Translations under genes and position numbers: made by a program
Notes under the pieces: model-generated
What the model was told of the DNA's origin: nothing
The model's input: the letters and a program-made list of their open reading frames with translations, nothing else
Databases searched by the model: none
Shown here: piece after piece, positions 1 through 11,000 of the stretch
How the letters are laid out: every line of letters begins with the position of its first letter
Position numbering within the stretch: the stretch's first letter is position 1
Assembly (NCBI GenBank): GCA_963822965.1
Contig: CAWGJT010000005.1
Location: 480,001-544,000 of the forward strand
DNA from: an uncultured delta proteobacterium
Lineage (GTDB): Bacteria > Myxococcota_A > UBA9160 > UBA4427
DNA: 64,000 bases
Direction: 5' to 3'

Positions 1-412
1 CCGCACCCAGGGTGTTGGTCCGGGGCCGCAGGTGGCCGATCGCCCGAAGGTACTCGAACGTGTGTCGCTTCTTCTGGAGCGGGTAGTCGTCGTCGACGGG
101 GCCCACCAGCTCCACCGCGTCCGCCTGGATCTCGAAGCGCTGCCCCTTGCCGGGGGAGTCGACCAGCGCCCCCTCCACGACCACCGCACAGCCTGCGGAG
201 AGCTTCGCGATCGTCTCCTCGTAGCTCGGCAGCTCGTGGGGCGCCACCGCCTGGATGCCCGCGAAGCAGGAGCCGTCGGACACCTCGAGGAAGGACACGT
301 TCTTCGAGTGTCGCGCGGTGCGCAGCCAGCCCTGCACCCGCACCCGTCCTCCCGCGGTGTCGCGCGCGAGAAGCTCCTTCACCGACGTCGGCGCCAGCTG
401 CGATTCCGTCAC
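1..412 (-). CDS. asnS: Asparagine--tRNA ligase, N-terminal part (runs off window edge)
   Basis: Not in the ORF track. Manual translation from GTG at 412: MTESQLAPTSVKELL...VRVQGWLRTARHSKNVSFLEVSDGSCFAGIQAV...YPLQKKRHTFEYLRAIGHLRPRTNTLGA, matching the AsnRS OB-fold and the YPLQKK/HLRPRTN motifs. Confidence 0.93.
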   Translation of the reverse strand, partial: MTESQLAPTSVKELLARDTAGGRVRVQGWLRTARHSKNVSFLEVSDGSCFAGIQAVAPHELPSYEETIAKLSAGCAVVVEGALVDSPGKGQRFEIQADAVELVGPVDDDYPLQKKRHTFEYLRAIGHLRPRTNTLGA

Positions 413-518
413 GATCCCCCCGAAGCCCTGCAGGTTATCACCCCGCGAGGCGGCGGGGAGGGGGTCGGGCTATGCTGCCGCGCCGCTCTCGAGCCCCGGC
501 CCACGGAGAGCTGCCCGC

Positions 519-1376
519 ATGACGATCAACTGGTTCCCGGGACACATGAACAAGGCCCGGCGCGAGATCGCCGCCGCCATGCGCCGGACCGACGTCGTGA
601 TCGAGGTGCTCGACGCGCGCCTGCCCCGGGCCAGCGCGAACCCCATGCTGGCGGAGCTGCGCGGCGAGCGACCCTGCGTCCGGGTGCTCGCCAAGGCCGA
701 CCTCGCCGACCCCGACGTCACGGCCGCGTGGATCGAATCGCTGTCCGGGGAGGAGAACGTCCGGGTCGTGGCCGTGCGCGCGACGGTGGCGGCGGACGTG
801 GCGGTGGTTCCGGCCCGCTGCCGCGAGCTCGCGCCGGGTCGCCGCGGCCCGGGCAAGCCCGTGCGAGCCCTGGTGGTCGGCATCCCCAACGTGGGCAAGT
901 CGACGCTCATCAACAGCCTGAAGGGACGACGCGTGGCCGAGGTCGCCGACCGACCGGCGGTCACGCGCCGGCGCCAGCAGGTCGATCTCGATCTCGGCTT
1001 CTCGCTGTCGGACACGCCCGGCGTGCTGTGGCCCAAGCTCGAGGACCAGCGGGCGGCCCGCTGCCTCGCCGCCAGCGGCGGGGTCGGCGCCGCGGCCTTC
1101 GACCCCTTCGACGTGGCGTACTTCGCGCTGGCGTTCCTGCGCGACCGCTACCCGCACCTGCTGCGCGAGCGCTTCCACCTGGAGTCCCTGGATGGGGAGC
1201 CCCACGAGCTGCTGGAGTCGATCGCACGCGCCCGGGGCCTGCTGCTGCGCGGAGGACGTCTCGACGTCGATCGCGCCGCCGACGTGTTCCTGCGAGAGCT
1301 GCGCAGCGGAAAGCTCGGCCGCATCAGCTTCGAGCGACCAGGCGACGAGGATGCGGAGCGCGACCCGGGCCTCTAG
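519..1376 (+). CDS. rbgA: Ribosome biogenesis GTPase RbgA/YlqF
   Basis: N-terminal INWFPGHM motif, EVLDARLP, G1 GIPNVGKSTLIN, G3 DTPG, circularly permuted G domain. Start taken at ATG 519. Confidence 0.95.
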   Translation: MTINWFPGHMNKARREIAAAMRRTDVVIEVLDARLPRASANPMLAELRGERPCVRVLAKADLADPDVTAAWIESLSGEENVRVVAVRATVAADVAVVPARCRELAPGRRGPGKPVRALVVGIPNVGKSTLINSLKGRRVAEVADRPAVTRRRQQVDLDLGFSLSDTPGVLWPKLEDQRAARCLAASGGVGAAAFDPFDVAYFALAFLRDRYPHLLRERFHLESLDGEPHELLESIARARGLLLRGGRLDVDRAADVFLRELRSGKLGRISFERPGDEDAERDPGL

Positions 1377-1430
1377 CCCCAATGCGTCATTCAGGGGTGC
1401 TTCTTGCGTGCCGTTGCGGATCAGGGCTAG
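1373..1430. mobile_element. Possible degenerate short TIR element at the rbgA stop codon
   Basis: CTAGCCC...GGGCTAG inverted ends (about 12/17 match when extended), CTAG at both ends, left CTAG contains the rbgA TAG. Confidence 0.35.
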
Positions 1431-1456
1431 GAGCCCGACCCGGGATGGGTCGGCTC
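1431..1456. terminator. GC-rich hairpin between convergent rbgA and rsgA
   Basis: GAGCCCGACCC-gggat-GGGTCGGCTC stem with one bulge. No clear U-tract. Confidence 0.45.
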
Positions 1457-1464
1457 GCGCCGCA

Positions 1465-1488
1465 ACCGAATCCTGCGGATTCGTCCGC
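1465..1488. repeat. REP-like short palindrome, copy 1
   Basis: ACCGAATCCTGCGGATTCGTCCGC, 22/24 identical to 48511-48534. Contains the CGAATCC-nnn-GGATTCG hairpin. Confidence 0.6.
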
Positions 1489-2429
1489 TAGGAGCGGCGG
1501 ACCCGGTCGCTGGCGGCCGCGCGCTCGAGATCGGCGAGCAGGTGGAGGTAGGCCTGGTGGCGCGCGGGATCGATCTCCCCCGCCGCGACGGCGGCAGTGA
1601 CGCTGCAGCCGGGCTCCTCCCGGTGCAGGCAGTCGCGGAAGCGACAGCCCCGCGCCAGGGCGCTCTCGAAGCCCGGGAAGTGGCGTGCCATCTCCGCAGG
1701 GGCGACATCCACGGGAACGAAGTCGCGGAAGCCGGGGGTGTCGATGAGCTCGCCGCCCCCCGGCAGCACATGCAGCGTCGCGCGCGTGGTCACGTGTCGG
1801 CCCAGGCGCGTGAAGCGATTGATCTCCCCCACGTCGAGCTCGAGGCCCGGAACCAGCGCGTTCAGCAGCGAGCTCTTGCCCACCCCCGACGTCCCGATGA
1901 AGGCGGCTCGCCGGGGGGCCGGCGCGCCGTCCGGGTCCGGCGGATCGCCGGCCAGGAACGCGCGCAGCGCGTCGAGGCCCAGGCCCGAGGTGGCGCTCAC
2001 CGCGAACACCGGCAGCCCGAAGGGGCCACCCGCGTAGGTGGCGCGAACCCGGTCCGCCAGCAGCCGGGAGTCCTGCTCGTCGCACTTGTTGACCACCAGG
2101 AAGGGATCGATTCCCGCGGCCCGCGCCGCCACGATGCCCCGGTCCACATAGCCCCGGGGCGGGGGCGGCTGCGCGGCGATCGTCACACCGAGGGCGTCGA
2201 GGTTGGCCGCCACCGCACGGGTGCGGTCGCGCGCGTCGCGCCGGGCGAGCACGGTCCGGCGCGGCAGCGGCTCCGCACCCCGGGCCGAGAGCCGTACCCG
2301 GTCCCCCACCACCAGGGGCGAGCGGCTGCGCCGAACGCGCACCCGGCGACGCTCGCCGTCGTCGAGCGCCACCTCGACGTCGAGACCGAAGTGCCCGATC
2401 ACGACCCCCGTCGAATCGCTGCCGCTCAT
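1488..2429 (-). CDS. rsgA: Small ribosomal subunit biogenesis GTPase RsgA
   Basis: VVGDRV OB-fold motif, VAANLD, NKCD, GTSGVGKSSLLN, GRHVTT, DTPG, and the C-terminal Zn site CRFRDCLHREEPGC. ATG overlaps the recD TGA. Confidence 0.95.
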   Translation of the reverse strand: MSGSDSTGVVIGHFGLDVEVALDDGERRRVRVRRSRSPLVVGDRVRLSARGAEPLPRRTVLARRDARDRTRAVAANLDALGVTIAAQPPPPRGYVDRGIVAARAAGIDPFLVVNKCDEQDSRLLADRVRATYAGGPFGLPVFAVSATSGLGLDALRAFLAGDPPDPDGAPAPRRAAFIGTSGVGKSSLLNALVPGLELDVGEINRFTRLGRHVTTRATLHVLPGGGELIDTPGFRDFVPVDVAPAEMARHFPGFESALARGCRFRDCLHREEPGCSVTAAVAAGEIDPARHQAYLHLLADLERAAASDRVRRS

Positions 2430-4264
2430 CGGGGAGACCACAGGGCGTCCCGCAGCCCCGAGGCGCGCGCGACGCGCGACGCGAGTGCGGCGCGCAGCAC
2501 CGGCTCGCTCGCATGGACGACCACCCGCCGGCGCGCCCGGGTCACCGCCGTGTAGACGAGCTCGCGCGTCACCAGGGGAACCGGCGCGTCGGGCAGCACC
2601 AGCGCCACCTCGTCGAGCTCCGAGCCCTGGCTCTTGTGGACGCTCATGGCGAAGACGGGCTCGTGGGGCGGCAGGCGCGACGGACCCAGCTCGCGCAGCG
2701 CGCCGTCCGCCGTGCGGAAGACGGCCCGCAGGGCTCCCGGCCGGCCGTCCGGCTGCGCCCCGCGCTGGAGCACGCCCACGTCCCCGTTCCAGAGTCCGAT
2801 CTCCGGAGCGTTGCGGGTCACCAGCACGGGCCGCCCCGCGGCTTCGACGCCCGCCCCGTACCGCCTGGCTTCCAGGAGCCCGGCGGCGACCAGCAGCTCG
2901 TCGGCGGCGCGGTTCATCCGCAGCACCCCGAACGGTCCTTCGCGCAGGGCGCACAGCACCCGGAAGCCGTCGAGCGCCGCCAGCCGCGCTGTCGCGTCCG
3001 CGGCCCGTGCGAAGGGGCCGTAGCCTGCCAGCAGCGCCTGCTCCATCGGCTCGCCCAGGCGCGAGCGCCCGACCGGCGGGGCGAGCGCCACGTCCGGCAG
3101 ACTCTCGTCGACGAGCACGGCGAGCGCCGCCTCGGCGTCCCCCGTGCGCACGGCTTCCGCCAGGGCGCGGATGCCGCTCTCGGCCCCGTAGCGGTGGCTC
3201 GTGCGAAGGGTGACGACACAGGCGCGGATCGGAGCCGCGGCCGCCGTCCCCGGACCGGGCGGCTCCGAGCCGCCGCAGACGTCGGAGAAGACCGACCCCG
3301 CCTCCACGGAGGCGAGCTGGTCGGCGTCTCCCAGCAACACGAGACGCGCCTCGTCGGGAAGCGCCCGCAGCAGCCGATCCATCAGAGCGAGGTCGATCAT
3401 CGACGCCTCGTCGACGAGCACCACGTCGAAGCGCAGACGCACGGGAGCCGCCCTGCGCCGCAGGCGCCGCGCGTCGAGGCGCAGCAGCCGGTGGAGCGTG
3501 GTGGCCTGGCGGGGAATCGCCTCGCGCACAGCGTCGGAGACCGGCAGGCCCGGCAGCATCCGCGCGATGGATTCGGCCAGGCGGGCTGCGGCCTTGCCGG
3601 TGGGAGCGGCCAGGGCGATGCGGGGCGCCGGGAGCCCCGCACGCAGCGCGCAGTCGACCTGCACCGCGAGCAGCCGGGCCGCGGTGGTGGTCTTGCCGGT
3701 TCCCGGGCCCCCGGAGACCACGCACAGGCGGCGATTCGCGGCGACCGCGCAGGCGTCGCGCGGCCCGTCTGGCCCTCCGGCCGGCACCAGGTGCTCGAGG
3801 CTCGCGTGCAGGATCTCCGGATCGACGAGAGGCGCTTCGCCGCAACGCGCGACCAGCGCGTCGGCCACCCGCTGCTGGTGGCGGAAGAAGCGCTGCAGGT
3901 ACAGGCGCCCGCTCGCGTCGAGCACCAGCGGACGATCGGCCGACTCCCCAGCGGGTTGCGCCACGAGCGGGCTGTCGGCGAGGGCCGCCAGCCAGCCTTC
4001 GAGGGGCGGCCAGACCGGGACGGCCTCGTCCCGGTCGCCCGCCGCCGGAAGCCCTTCCGGCGCGGCCGCTCGCGCCAGTGCCGGCAGGTCGACACAGACG
4101 TCTCCCCGGGCCATCTGCCGGCTCGCCAGCGCCGCAGCCAGCAGCACCTCCGGGCGGGACTCCCCCGACAGGCGCGCGAGACTGCGCGCGAAGGCGAGAT
4201 CGAGGGCGGAGATCTCGCCCCGGGCGCACAGTGCGTCGAGCCGCGGCATGGGCTCGGGGCTCAC
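2426..4264 (-). CDS. recD: Exodeoxyribonuclease V alpha subunit RecD
   Basis: LYLQRFF, Walker A GGPGTGKTTT, APTGKAAARL, TLHRLL, VDEASMID, LGDADQLASV, NGDVG, AMSVHKSQGSE, YTAVTRAR. GTG start overlaps the recB TGA (alternative ATG at 4249). Confidence 0.95.
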   Translation of the reverse strand: MSPEPMPRLDALCARGEISALDLAFARSLARLSGESRPEVLLAAALASRQMARGDVCVDLPALARAAAPEGLPAAGDRDEAVPVWPPLEGWLAALADSPLVAQPAGESADRPLVLDASGRLYLQRFFRHQQRVADALVARCGEAPLVDPEILHASLEHLVPAGGPDGPRDACAVAANRRLCVVSGGPGTGKTTTAARLLAVQVDCALRAGLPAPRIALAAPTGKAAARLAESIARMLPGLPVSDAVREAIPRQATTLHRLLRLDARRLRRRAAPVRLRFDVVLVDEASMIDLALMDRLLRALPDEARLVLLGDADQLASVEAGSVFSDVCGGSEPPGPGTAAAAPIRACVVTLRTSHRYGAESGIRALAEAVRTGDAEAALAVLVDESLPDVALAPPVGRSRLGEPMEQALLAGYGPFARAADATARLAALDGFRVLCALREGPFGVLRMNRAADELLVAAGLLEARRYGAGVEAAGRPVLVTRNAPEIGLWNGDVGVLQRGAQPDGRPGALRAVFRTADGALRELGPSRLPPHEPVFAMSVHKSQGSELDEVALVLPDAPVPLVTRELVYTAVTRARRRVVVHASEPVLRAALASRVARASGLRDALWSPR

Positions 4265-7200
4265 GAGAGCTGCTCCTCGAGCGCTTCCACGAGGGCGCGC
4301 GGCGGGCGGTCGTGAAACACCCCGCGTGCCGGCGGGTGCCGGGGGGACATGCCGCGCACGAACAGGTACCAGGCGCCCCCCACGTGGCGGTCGTAGTCGT
4401 AGCCCGGAAGCCGCTGACGCAGGTGACGGTGGAGCGCGACGAGATAGAGGTGGTACTGCAGCACGTAGTCGTGCTCGAGCATCGAGCGGGCCAGGGCGTC
4501 GGGCTCGTAGTCCCCGGGCGACGGTCCCAGCCAGTTCGACTTGTAGTCGACCACGTGGAAGCAGCCGTCGCGCCGGAACACCAGGTCGACGTAGCCCCGC
4601 AGATAGCCTTCGAGCGCCGGAAAGCCGAGCCGCGCGGTGCGCTCCGCGTAGCGCCGGGTCACGGCGCTGGTGGCGTGGCGCTCGAACGCCGCGGCGAGAC
4701 CTTCGGGCGTGAGCCGGGGGCCGCCGCGGGGCCCGGCGGCGACCGGCAACACGAAGTCCATCTCGTCCACGCGATCCGCGCGCGACACGACGGCGAGCCG
4801 GCTGGCCGGCTCGCCGGGATCCAGCGGAACCGCGAGCACGTCGCGGATGGCGGCGGCCAGCGGCTGGCGCCACTGCGCCCCGATTCCCCGGCGCGCGAGC
4901 CCGTCGGCGACGAGCGTGTCGAGCTCCGAGGCCTCGGCCCGGGGCGGGAGCGCGGCCGTCGGGAAGTCGATCCGCTCGAAGATCTCGTGAAGGAGGATTC
5001 CCGGCGTCACGCCGGCCGGGAAGTCGGCCAGGCGGACCCGCTCGTCCGCGCGCGGCCCCTCCGCCCCGCTGGCCGGCGTGGCCTCGCCCGCGAGACGCGC
5101 GTCGTAGTCCCGTCCCTCTTCGGTCTCCGGATCGAGGCGCGCCGCGGCCGCTCCCGCTCCTTCCGAGTCCGCCGGCGCCCCGGCGATCAGGCCCGAGAAG
5201 CTCGAGACCCGCCACGCCCCCGAGAAGCGACGCGTGGCGCGGCGACTCGCGAGCGCTTCCGCGGCGCCCGGGTCGGTGCCTCCCGATGCGACGAGCACGA
5301 GTCCCGGCGTGGCGTCGAAGGGCTCGACGGTGATCGTCCCCGGTGCCCGATCGGCCAGCGCCCGGAGCTGGGAGAGGAGCGATTCGTCCGTGCGCCGCTC
5401 GAAGCGCTTCTCGTCCGGAAGCGCGAGGCCGGCCGCCTGCGGAAGCGCGGGGTCGGCCTCGGGTGCAGGGTGCAGCAGGTGGCCCAGGGGCGAGGTGCCG
5501 GCCTTCGAGAAGGCGCCCCAGACCACCGAGCAGTGGTGCCGCGCGCGGGTCAGCGCCACGTAGAGGATGCGAAGGTTCTCGGCGAACGACTCCTCGCGCG
5601 CCAGTCGCCGGCTCTCCCCCTGCTTGTCCGGACGCAGGTCCAGCTGGAGCCGCCCGCTCTCGGGGTCGTGGAAGGCCAGCAGGCTCGGGTTGGCCTCGCC
5701 GACCTTCCCCTCCCACAGGAAGGGGCACACGGTGACCGGATACTGGAGACCCTTGCTGCGATGGATGGTGACGAGCTGCACCGCGGCGGCGTCGCTCTCC
5801 AGGCGGAGCTGCGCCTCCTCGGCCGTCCAGCGCCGGCCGTCGCGTGCCTCCAGGCGCCGGTGGGCGAACCAGTGGAGCAGCGCGAGCGGGCCGAAGCGGC
5901 CCTCCAGAGCCGCCTGCTGCAGCAGCTCTGCGAGATGCAGCAGGTTCGTCACCCGGCGCTCGCCGTCGGCACGTGCCAGCAGCCGCACGCCGACACCCTG
6001 CTCGGCCCACAGCCCGCGAAACGCCTGGACGAAGCCCCGCTCGGTCCAGGCGCGACGGGCCGCGCGAAAGCAGGCACCCCAGGATTCCCAGCCGCCTGCG
6101 TCCTCGCCGTCCGCGGCAAGCGCGACGAGCTCGCCGGCGGAGCTCGACAGCAGGGTCGTGGCCAGCGCGGCCCGCAGGCGCGCCGGATCCTCGGGCTCGG
6201 CCATGGCCCGCATGACGCGCTCGAGCTCCGCCGCCTCGTCGGTGCCGAGGACGCTCTCCTCGCTCTGCAGCACGCTCACGATGCCGAGCTCGCGCAACGC
6301 GGACTGGACGTTGCGGGCCTGCTCGTTCTTGCGGGTCAGCACGGCGACGTCGCCCGACGCCAGGGGCCGCTCGTCGATGCGGAGATCCGACGCGAGCAGC
6401 CGGGCCACCTCGCCGGCCACGGCCCGCTCGAGGGATCGCCCGGCGCGCGCGGCGGCGATCGACGACTCTTCCCCCTCCCGGTGGACGAAGAGCACCCGCA
6501 GCCCGCTCCCCGGGCCCTCGCCCGCCAGGTGGTCGCGGGCAGCCGGCGCCGGCTCGATGGTCTGGAATCGGATGCGGTCGTTCGCGAAGGGATCGGGATT
6601 CGAGCCGAAGGCCGCGTTCAGGGCGGCGACCAGCGAAGGATCCGCGCGGTAGTTGCGGTCGAGCGCGTGGACGTCGTCCCCGGCGTCGCCGCGCGCCTCG
6701 AGGTAGGCGTAGACGTCGGCGCCCCGGAAGCCGTAGATGGCCTGCTTGGGGTCGCCGATCAGGCAGAGCAGCGGATCGGCCTCGCCCCTGGCGGGCTCGT
6801 GCCAGATGCGACGGAAGATCTCGTACTGGATCGGGTCCGTGTCCTGGAACTCGTCGATCAGCGCCACCGGGTGGCGGCGGCGGATGGCGGACACGAGCGC
6901 CTCCCCCCTTCACCGGCCAGGGCATCCCGCAGGCCCACCAGCAGGTCGTCGAAGAAGAGCGCGTTGCGCCTCCGCTTGCGCCGCGCGAGCTCCTGCCGCG
7001 CCCAGGCGACGAAGTCGTGCTCGAGGGCCAGACGAACGCCGTCGAAGGCCTCGAGCAGCTGCCGGTCCAGGGCGAGCAGCGCGTCGCAGCGATCGAAGAA
7101 GGGATGATCCGGCAGCGGCGCGTCCGGCTTCTTGTGGTATCTGCGAAGCTCGCTGCGGGTGAAGCGCACGATGTATTCCCAGCGACCCTCCAGGCCGGGG

Positions 7201-8057
7201 ACGCAATCACCCAGCAGGCCGTCCATCGCGAGTGTCCACTTCTCCGCCATGCGCTTCGGGCTGTAGTTCCGGCCGTCGATCACCTTGCGCCGGGACGCGT
7301 CGACGAGCTGCCCGACGATCTCCTCCCGGGATGCGGACCACAGAGCCGCCACCTCGCGAAACACCTCGTGCCAGCGCTCCTCGAGGGCCGCCACGTCGGG
7401 CGGCTCCGGTCGCTCGGGCTGCAGGACGACGTCGGGACGCGCCGTCACCCGGCGCGCCAGCTCCACCAGGCGTGCCGGCGTGAGCGCCGCCGACACCTCG
7501 CGCGCGAGATCGTGCGGCGCCGTGTAGAACGTCCGGGCGTAGAAGTCGGCCGCCACCTCCTCCAGCAGCGCGGACTGGTCGCTCAGCAGCTCGCTGTCGA
7601 AGGAGGAGCCACTCTCGAACGCGTGCTCGCCCAGGGCGCGCTGGCAGAAGCCGTGGATGGTGAAGACGGCGGCGCGGTCGAAGCTGCGGACCGCCAGCAC
7701 CACGCGAGCCAGGTCCGCCGGCCCTTGCCCCGCCGCGACGCGCGTGCGGGCCAGCTCGAGGTCCCAGTCCTCGGTGGTGTGCGGTGGCCCGACCTCGTCC
7801 GCAAGCAGGCGCCGGAGCCAGCCCTCGAGACCGACGAGGCGCTCGCGGATGCGATCCCGCAGCTCCGCGGTGGCCGCCACCGTGTACGTCACCACGAGGA
7901 TCCGCTCGACCGGCAGCTCGCGCTCGAGCAGCAGCCGCAGGTAGATCGAGACGATCGTATGGGTCTTGCCCGTTCCGGCCGCCGCCTCGATGAGATGCGT
8001 CCCGTCCAGGCGGAGATCGGCGGCCAGATCGCGTGCGCCTTCGCTTGCGGTCCTCAT
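4261..8057 (-). CDS. recB: Exodeoxyribonuclease V beta subunit RecB, interrupted by a 1-nt frameshift at the C6 run 6903-6908
   Basis: The N-part from ATG 8057 has IEAAAGTGKT, VVTYTVAATAELRDRIR and FTIHGFCQR. The C-part, in another frame, has LIDEFQDTD, IGDPKQAIYGFRGAD, TIHRSKGLQY, LYVALTRA and the nuclease motif GYVDLVF...VDYKSN. Adding one G to the G6 run restores a 1265-aa ORF. Confidence 0.93.
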
Positions 8058-11000
8058 CTCGCACCCTTCGCGACGAGATAGGGCTCGTAGATGCGTCGCA
8101 CCAGGGACAGGAAGGTCTCGCCGCCGGGCAGGGGCGTGGCCGGGTCCAGGGGATCGACGTCGCGAAACGCCTGGGCGAGGTAGACCTCGTTGCGGTCGGC
8201 TCCCCCGACGAAGTCCGTGCTCGGCTCCCAGGCCCGACGCGCGCTGGCGGCCACCCCTCCGTCCCAGCCGTGCTTCACCGCGTACTCCGCCTGCTTCTCC
8301 GAGGCGTCCCGGAGCGCCGGCAGGGGCACGCGCTGCCCCAGGGCGTAGAGGTCCAGCAGGTCCACCAGCAGGCGCTCGGGCTGGTCGACCTCCGCCAGCT
8401 CCACCACGTCGGCGCTTCCGTCCTTCGCGCGTGCCACCAGGGCGCTGCGGCATGGCACCCCCGGCGGCCCGAGCCAGCAGAGCACGAGGTGCTGGATCCA
8501 CAGCCCGATCTCCCCGCGCAGGCGGCGCTGGGAGTACTGCACCACCACCCGCCCGCCCGGCCACAGCTCGCCGAGCTCGCCCGCGAGCCGCCAGGAGCCG
8601 AGCGAGCGATCGAAGGGCACGGCGGGCAGCGGCCCGCCGCCGCGAAGCGCGGCGGTCTCGACGAGCAGGTTTCGAACCCGCCCGGCCAGCTCGTCCCCCG
8701 CCAGCTCGCCGAGCGTGCCGGGCGGGAGCGCGCCCCGGGCGCGAAGGAGCTCGCGTGCCTCGTGCTCGGGCACGCCGGCCAGCTCCCGTCGCAGGAGGTC
8801 GTCTCCCAGCTTCCACTGCTCGAGGAAGTCGAGCTGCAGCGGCTCCCGGTCCTCCAGCACCTCCAGCTCGTCGCCCAGGTAGAGGCCGAGCCGGCGCTGG
8901 AGGAAGAAGCGCACCGGGTGCTCGACGAAGCGCAGGAGGTCGGCCAGCTCGACGGTCCCTCCCGGCGAGACGTCCTCGGGCAGCGGCTCGCCGACGAAGG
9001 GCCCGGCCGCGGAGCGCGGCCGCAGCAGCGCGCGCGCTCCCTCGCACTCGCTCGCCGAGTAGCTGAAGAGATCTCCCGGCGAGGCGGGATCGAAGTAGCG
9101 GGAGCTGAACCCGTGCAGGGGATGCTCGCGCACCCCGGTGGCCCGGACGTCCTCCGGCGCGGCGGTGCCTTCCTGGCGAGCCAGCTCCTCCAGCAGCTCG
9201 GCCACCACCACCGACGGCGCCCGCGGCGAGCCGTCCCGCAGGCTGCGCCCGGCGTAGGTGATGACCAGGTGCTGGCGCGCCGAGATCACCGCCTCCAGGA
9301 ACAGGTGGCGATCGTCGTCGCGCCCGGTGCGATCGCCGGGCCGCGGGTCCCGGGCCATCAGGTCGAAGCCCTGGGGCGGACGCGTGCGCGGAAAGGCGTC
9401 GTCGTTCATGCCCACCAGCGCCACCACCCGGAACGGAATGCTCCGCATCGGAACCAGCTCGCAGAAGGTGACCCCGCCCGACAGGAACCCGTGGGAGCTC
9501 CCGGCTCGCGCGAGCTCGGCCTCGAGCTGGCGGCGCAGGCTCACGAGGGAGATCGGCTCGTCGAACCCGGCCTGCCGCGCCCGGCTCGCCAGCTCGTCGA
9601 GCATGCTCCGCAGCCACGCGCGCTGGCCCGCCCCGTCGTCCGCGGAGTCGATCAGCTCGTCGAGGAGCCCGGCCAGGGCCTCGCTCCAGGACGCCAGGGA
9701 ACGCGCCCCCGACAGGGATTCCCGCAGCGCCAGCAAGCACTCGCAGAACGCGACGAACGACCCGAGGAGACCCGCACGGCCGGGCTGGACGTCCGGGGCC
9801 GGCAGGGTGCCGGCGAAGAGCCGGTCCTCGACGGGCATCGCCAGGCCGAGCAGCAGTCGGTCGAGACCCTGGCGCCAGGTGTTCTGGTGCAGCGCGGGCT
9901 GGCCCGCCTCGGCCCGGTGCTGCGCATCGGCCCCCCAGCGAATCCCGGCGTCCCGGATCCAGGCCTGCAGCACGTCGAGGTCGGCGGTCTCGATGCCGAA
10001 GCGGCGGCGAATGCGCTCGACCAGCAGCAGGTCGACCACCGTGCTGGCTTCGAGCCGTCCCGAGAGCGCGTCGAGAATGCGCGAGAAGGCGTCGACCACG
10101 TCGTAGGTCGCACGGATCCTGCGGTCGGCCAGCCGGAACCCGATGCGCGGTCGCTCGCCGGAGCCGGGCTCGCCCCCGGCGCCGAACACCGCCTCGACGA
10201 ACGGCGCATAGCGCTCGATGTCCGGCGTCATCACCACCACGTCCCGGGGCTCGAGGGTGGGATCCGCCTCGAACAGATCGGTCAGGCGATCGTGCAGCAC
10301 CTCGATCTCGCGCAGCGGTCCGCGACAGGCGTGCACCTGGATGGAGCGATCGTCGGCCGGGCCCGAGCCGTCGGCGCCGGGAGCGGGCGCCCCGCCGGTC
10401 AGCACCGCCTGCTGCACGGCCGCCAGGCGCGTGGCGCGCCCGGGATCGGCATCGACCGCCCGCTGCCGTGACGGGCCGAAGCCCCGGGCGCCCAGCACCT
10501 CGTGGAACTGGCGGCCCACGCTTCCGAGGGAGGTCCACAGCGGATTCGCGGGCCCGGCCTCCTCCAACGGATCGCGCGCGCAGCGCAGCACGAACAGGTG
10601 CAGCTCCAGGTGGCGCGACAACGCGGCCAGCACGTCGACGTAGAGCGGCGGGAGCGTGGTGATGCCGAACAGGAAGAGGCGCCGGGGGAGCCCCGGAAGC
10701 GGCCCCTCGCCGGCGACGGCGATCGCCTCCCGAAACGCTTCGGCCCGCGCCGCCACGTGGTGACGGCCGTGCCTGGCCACGAGCTCCCGCCACAGGATCG
10801 CCTGCCAGCGTGCGTCGTCGGGCAAGGTCTCCTCGCCCCGCTCCCAGGCGGCGATCATCTCGGGCCGGTGGATCGCGTATCGATCCAGGGTCTCGGCCAC
10901 GCGGGCGGCCAGCTGGATGCGGCCCTCGCCCTCGGGATCGTCGAGCAGGAAGCGGCGCAACGGGTCGAGCTCGGGCCGCGCGAGCAGGCCGGGCAGCAGG

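Noticed and set aside
685..710. RbgA G4 motif reads AKAD instead of NKxD
   Set aside because: Single substitution with Lys/Asp and all other motifs retained. Not enough to claim altered function.
2426..7210. 1594-aa ORF as a RecB-RecD fusion
   Set aside because: Only the last ~610 aa are RecD. The upstream part is an off-frame reading of recB.
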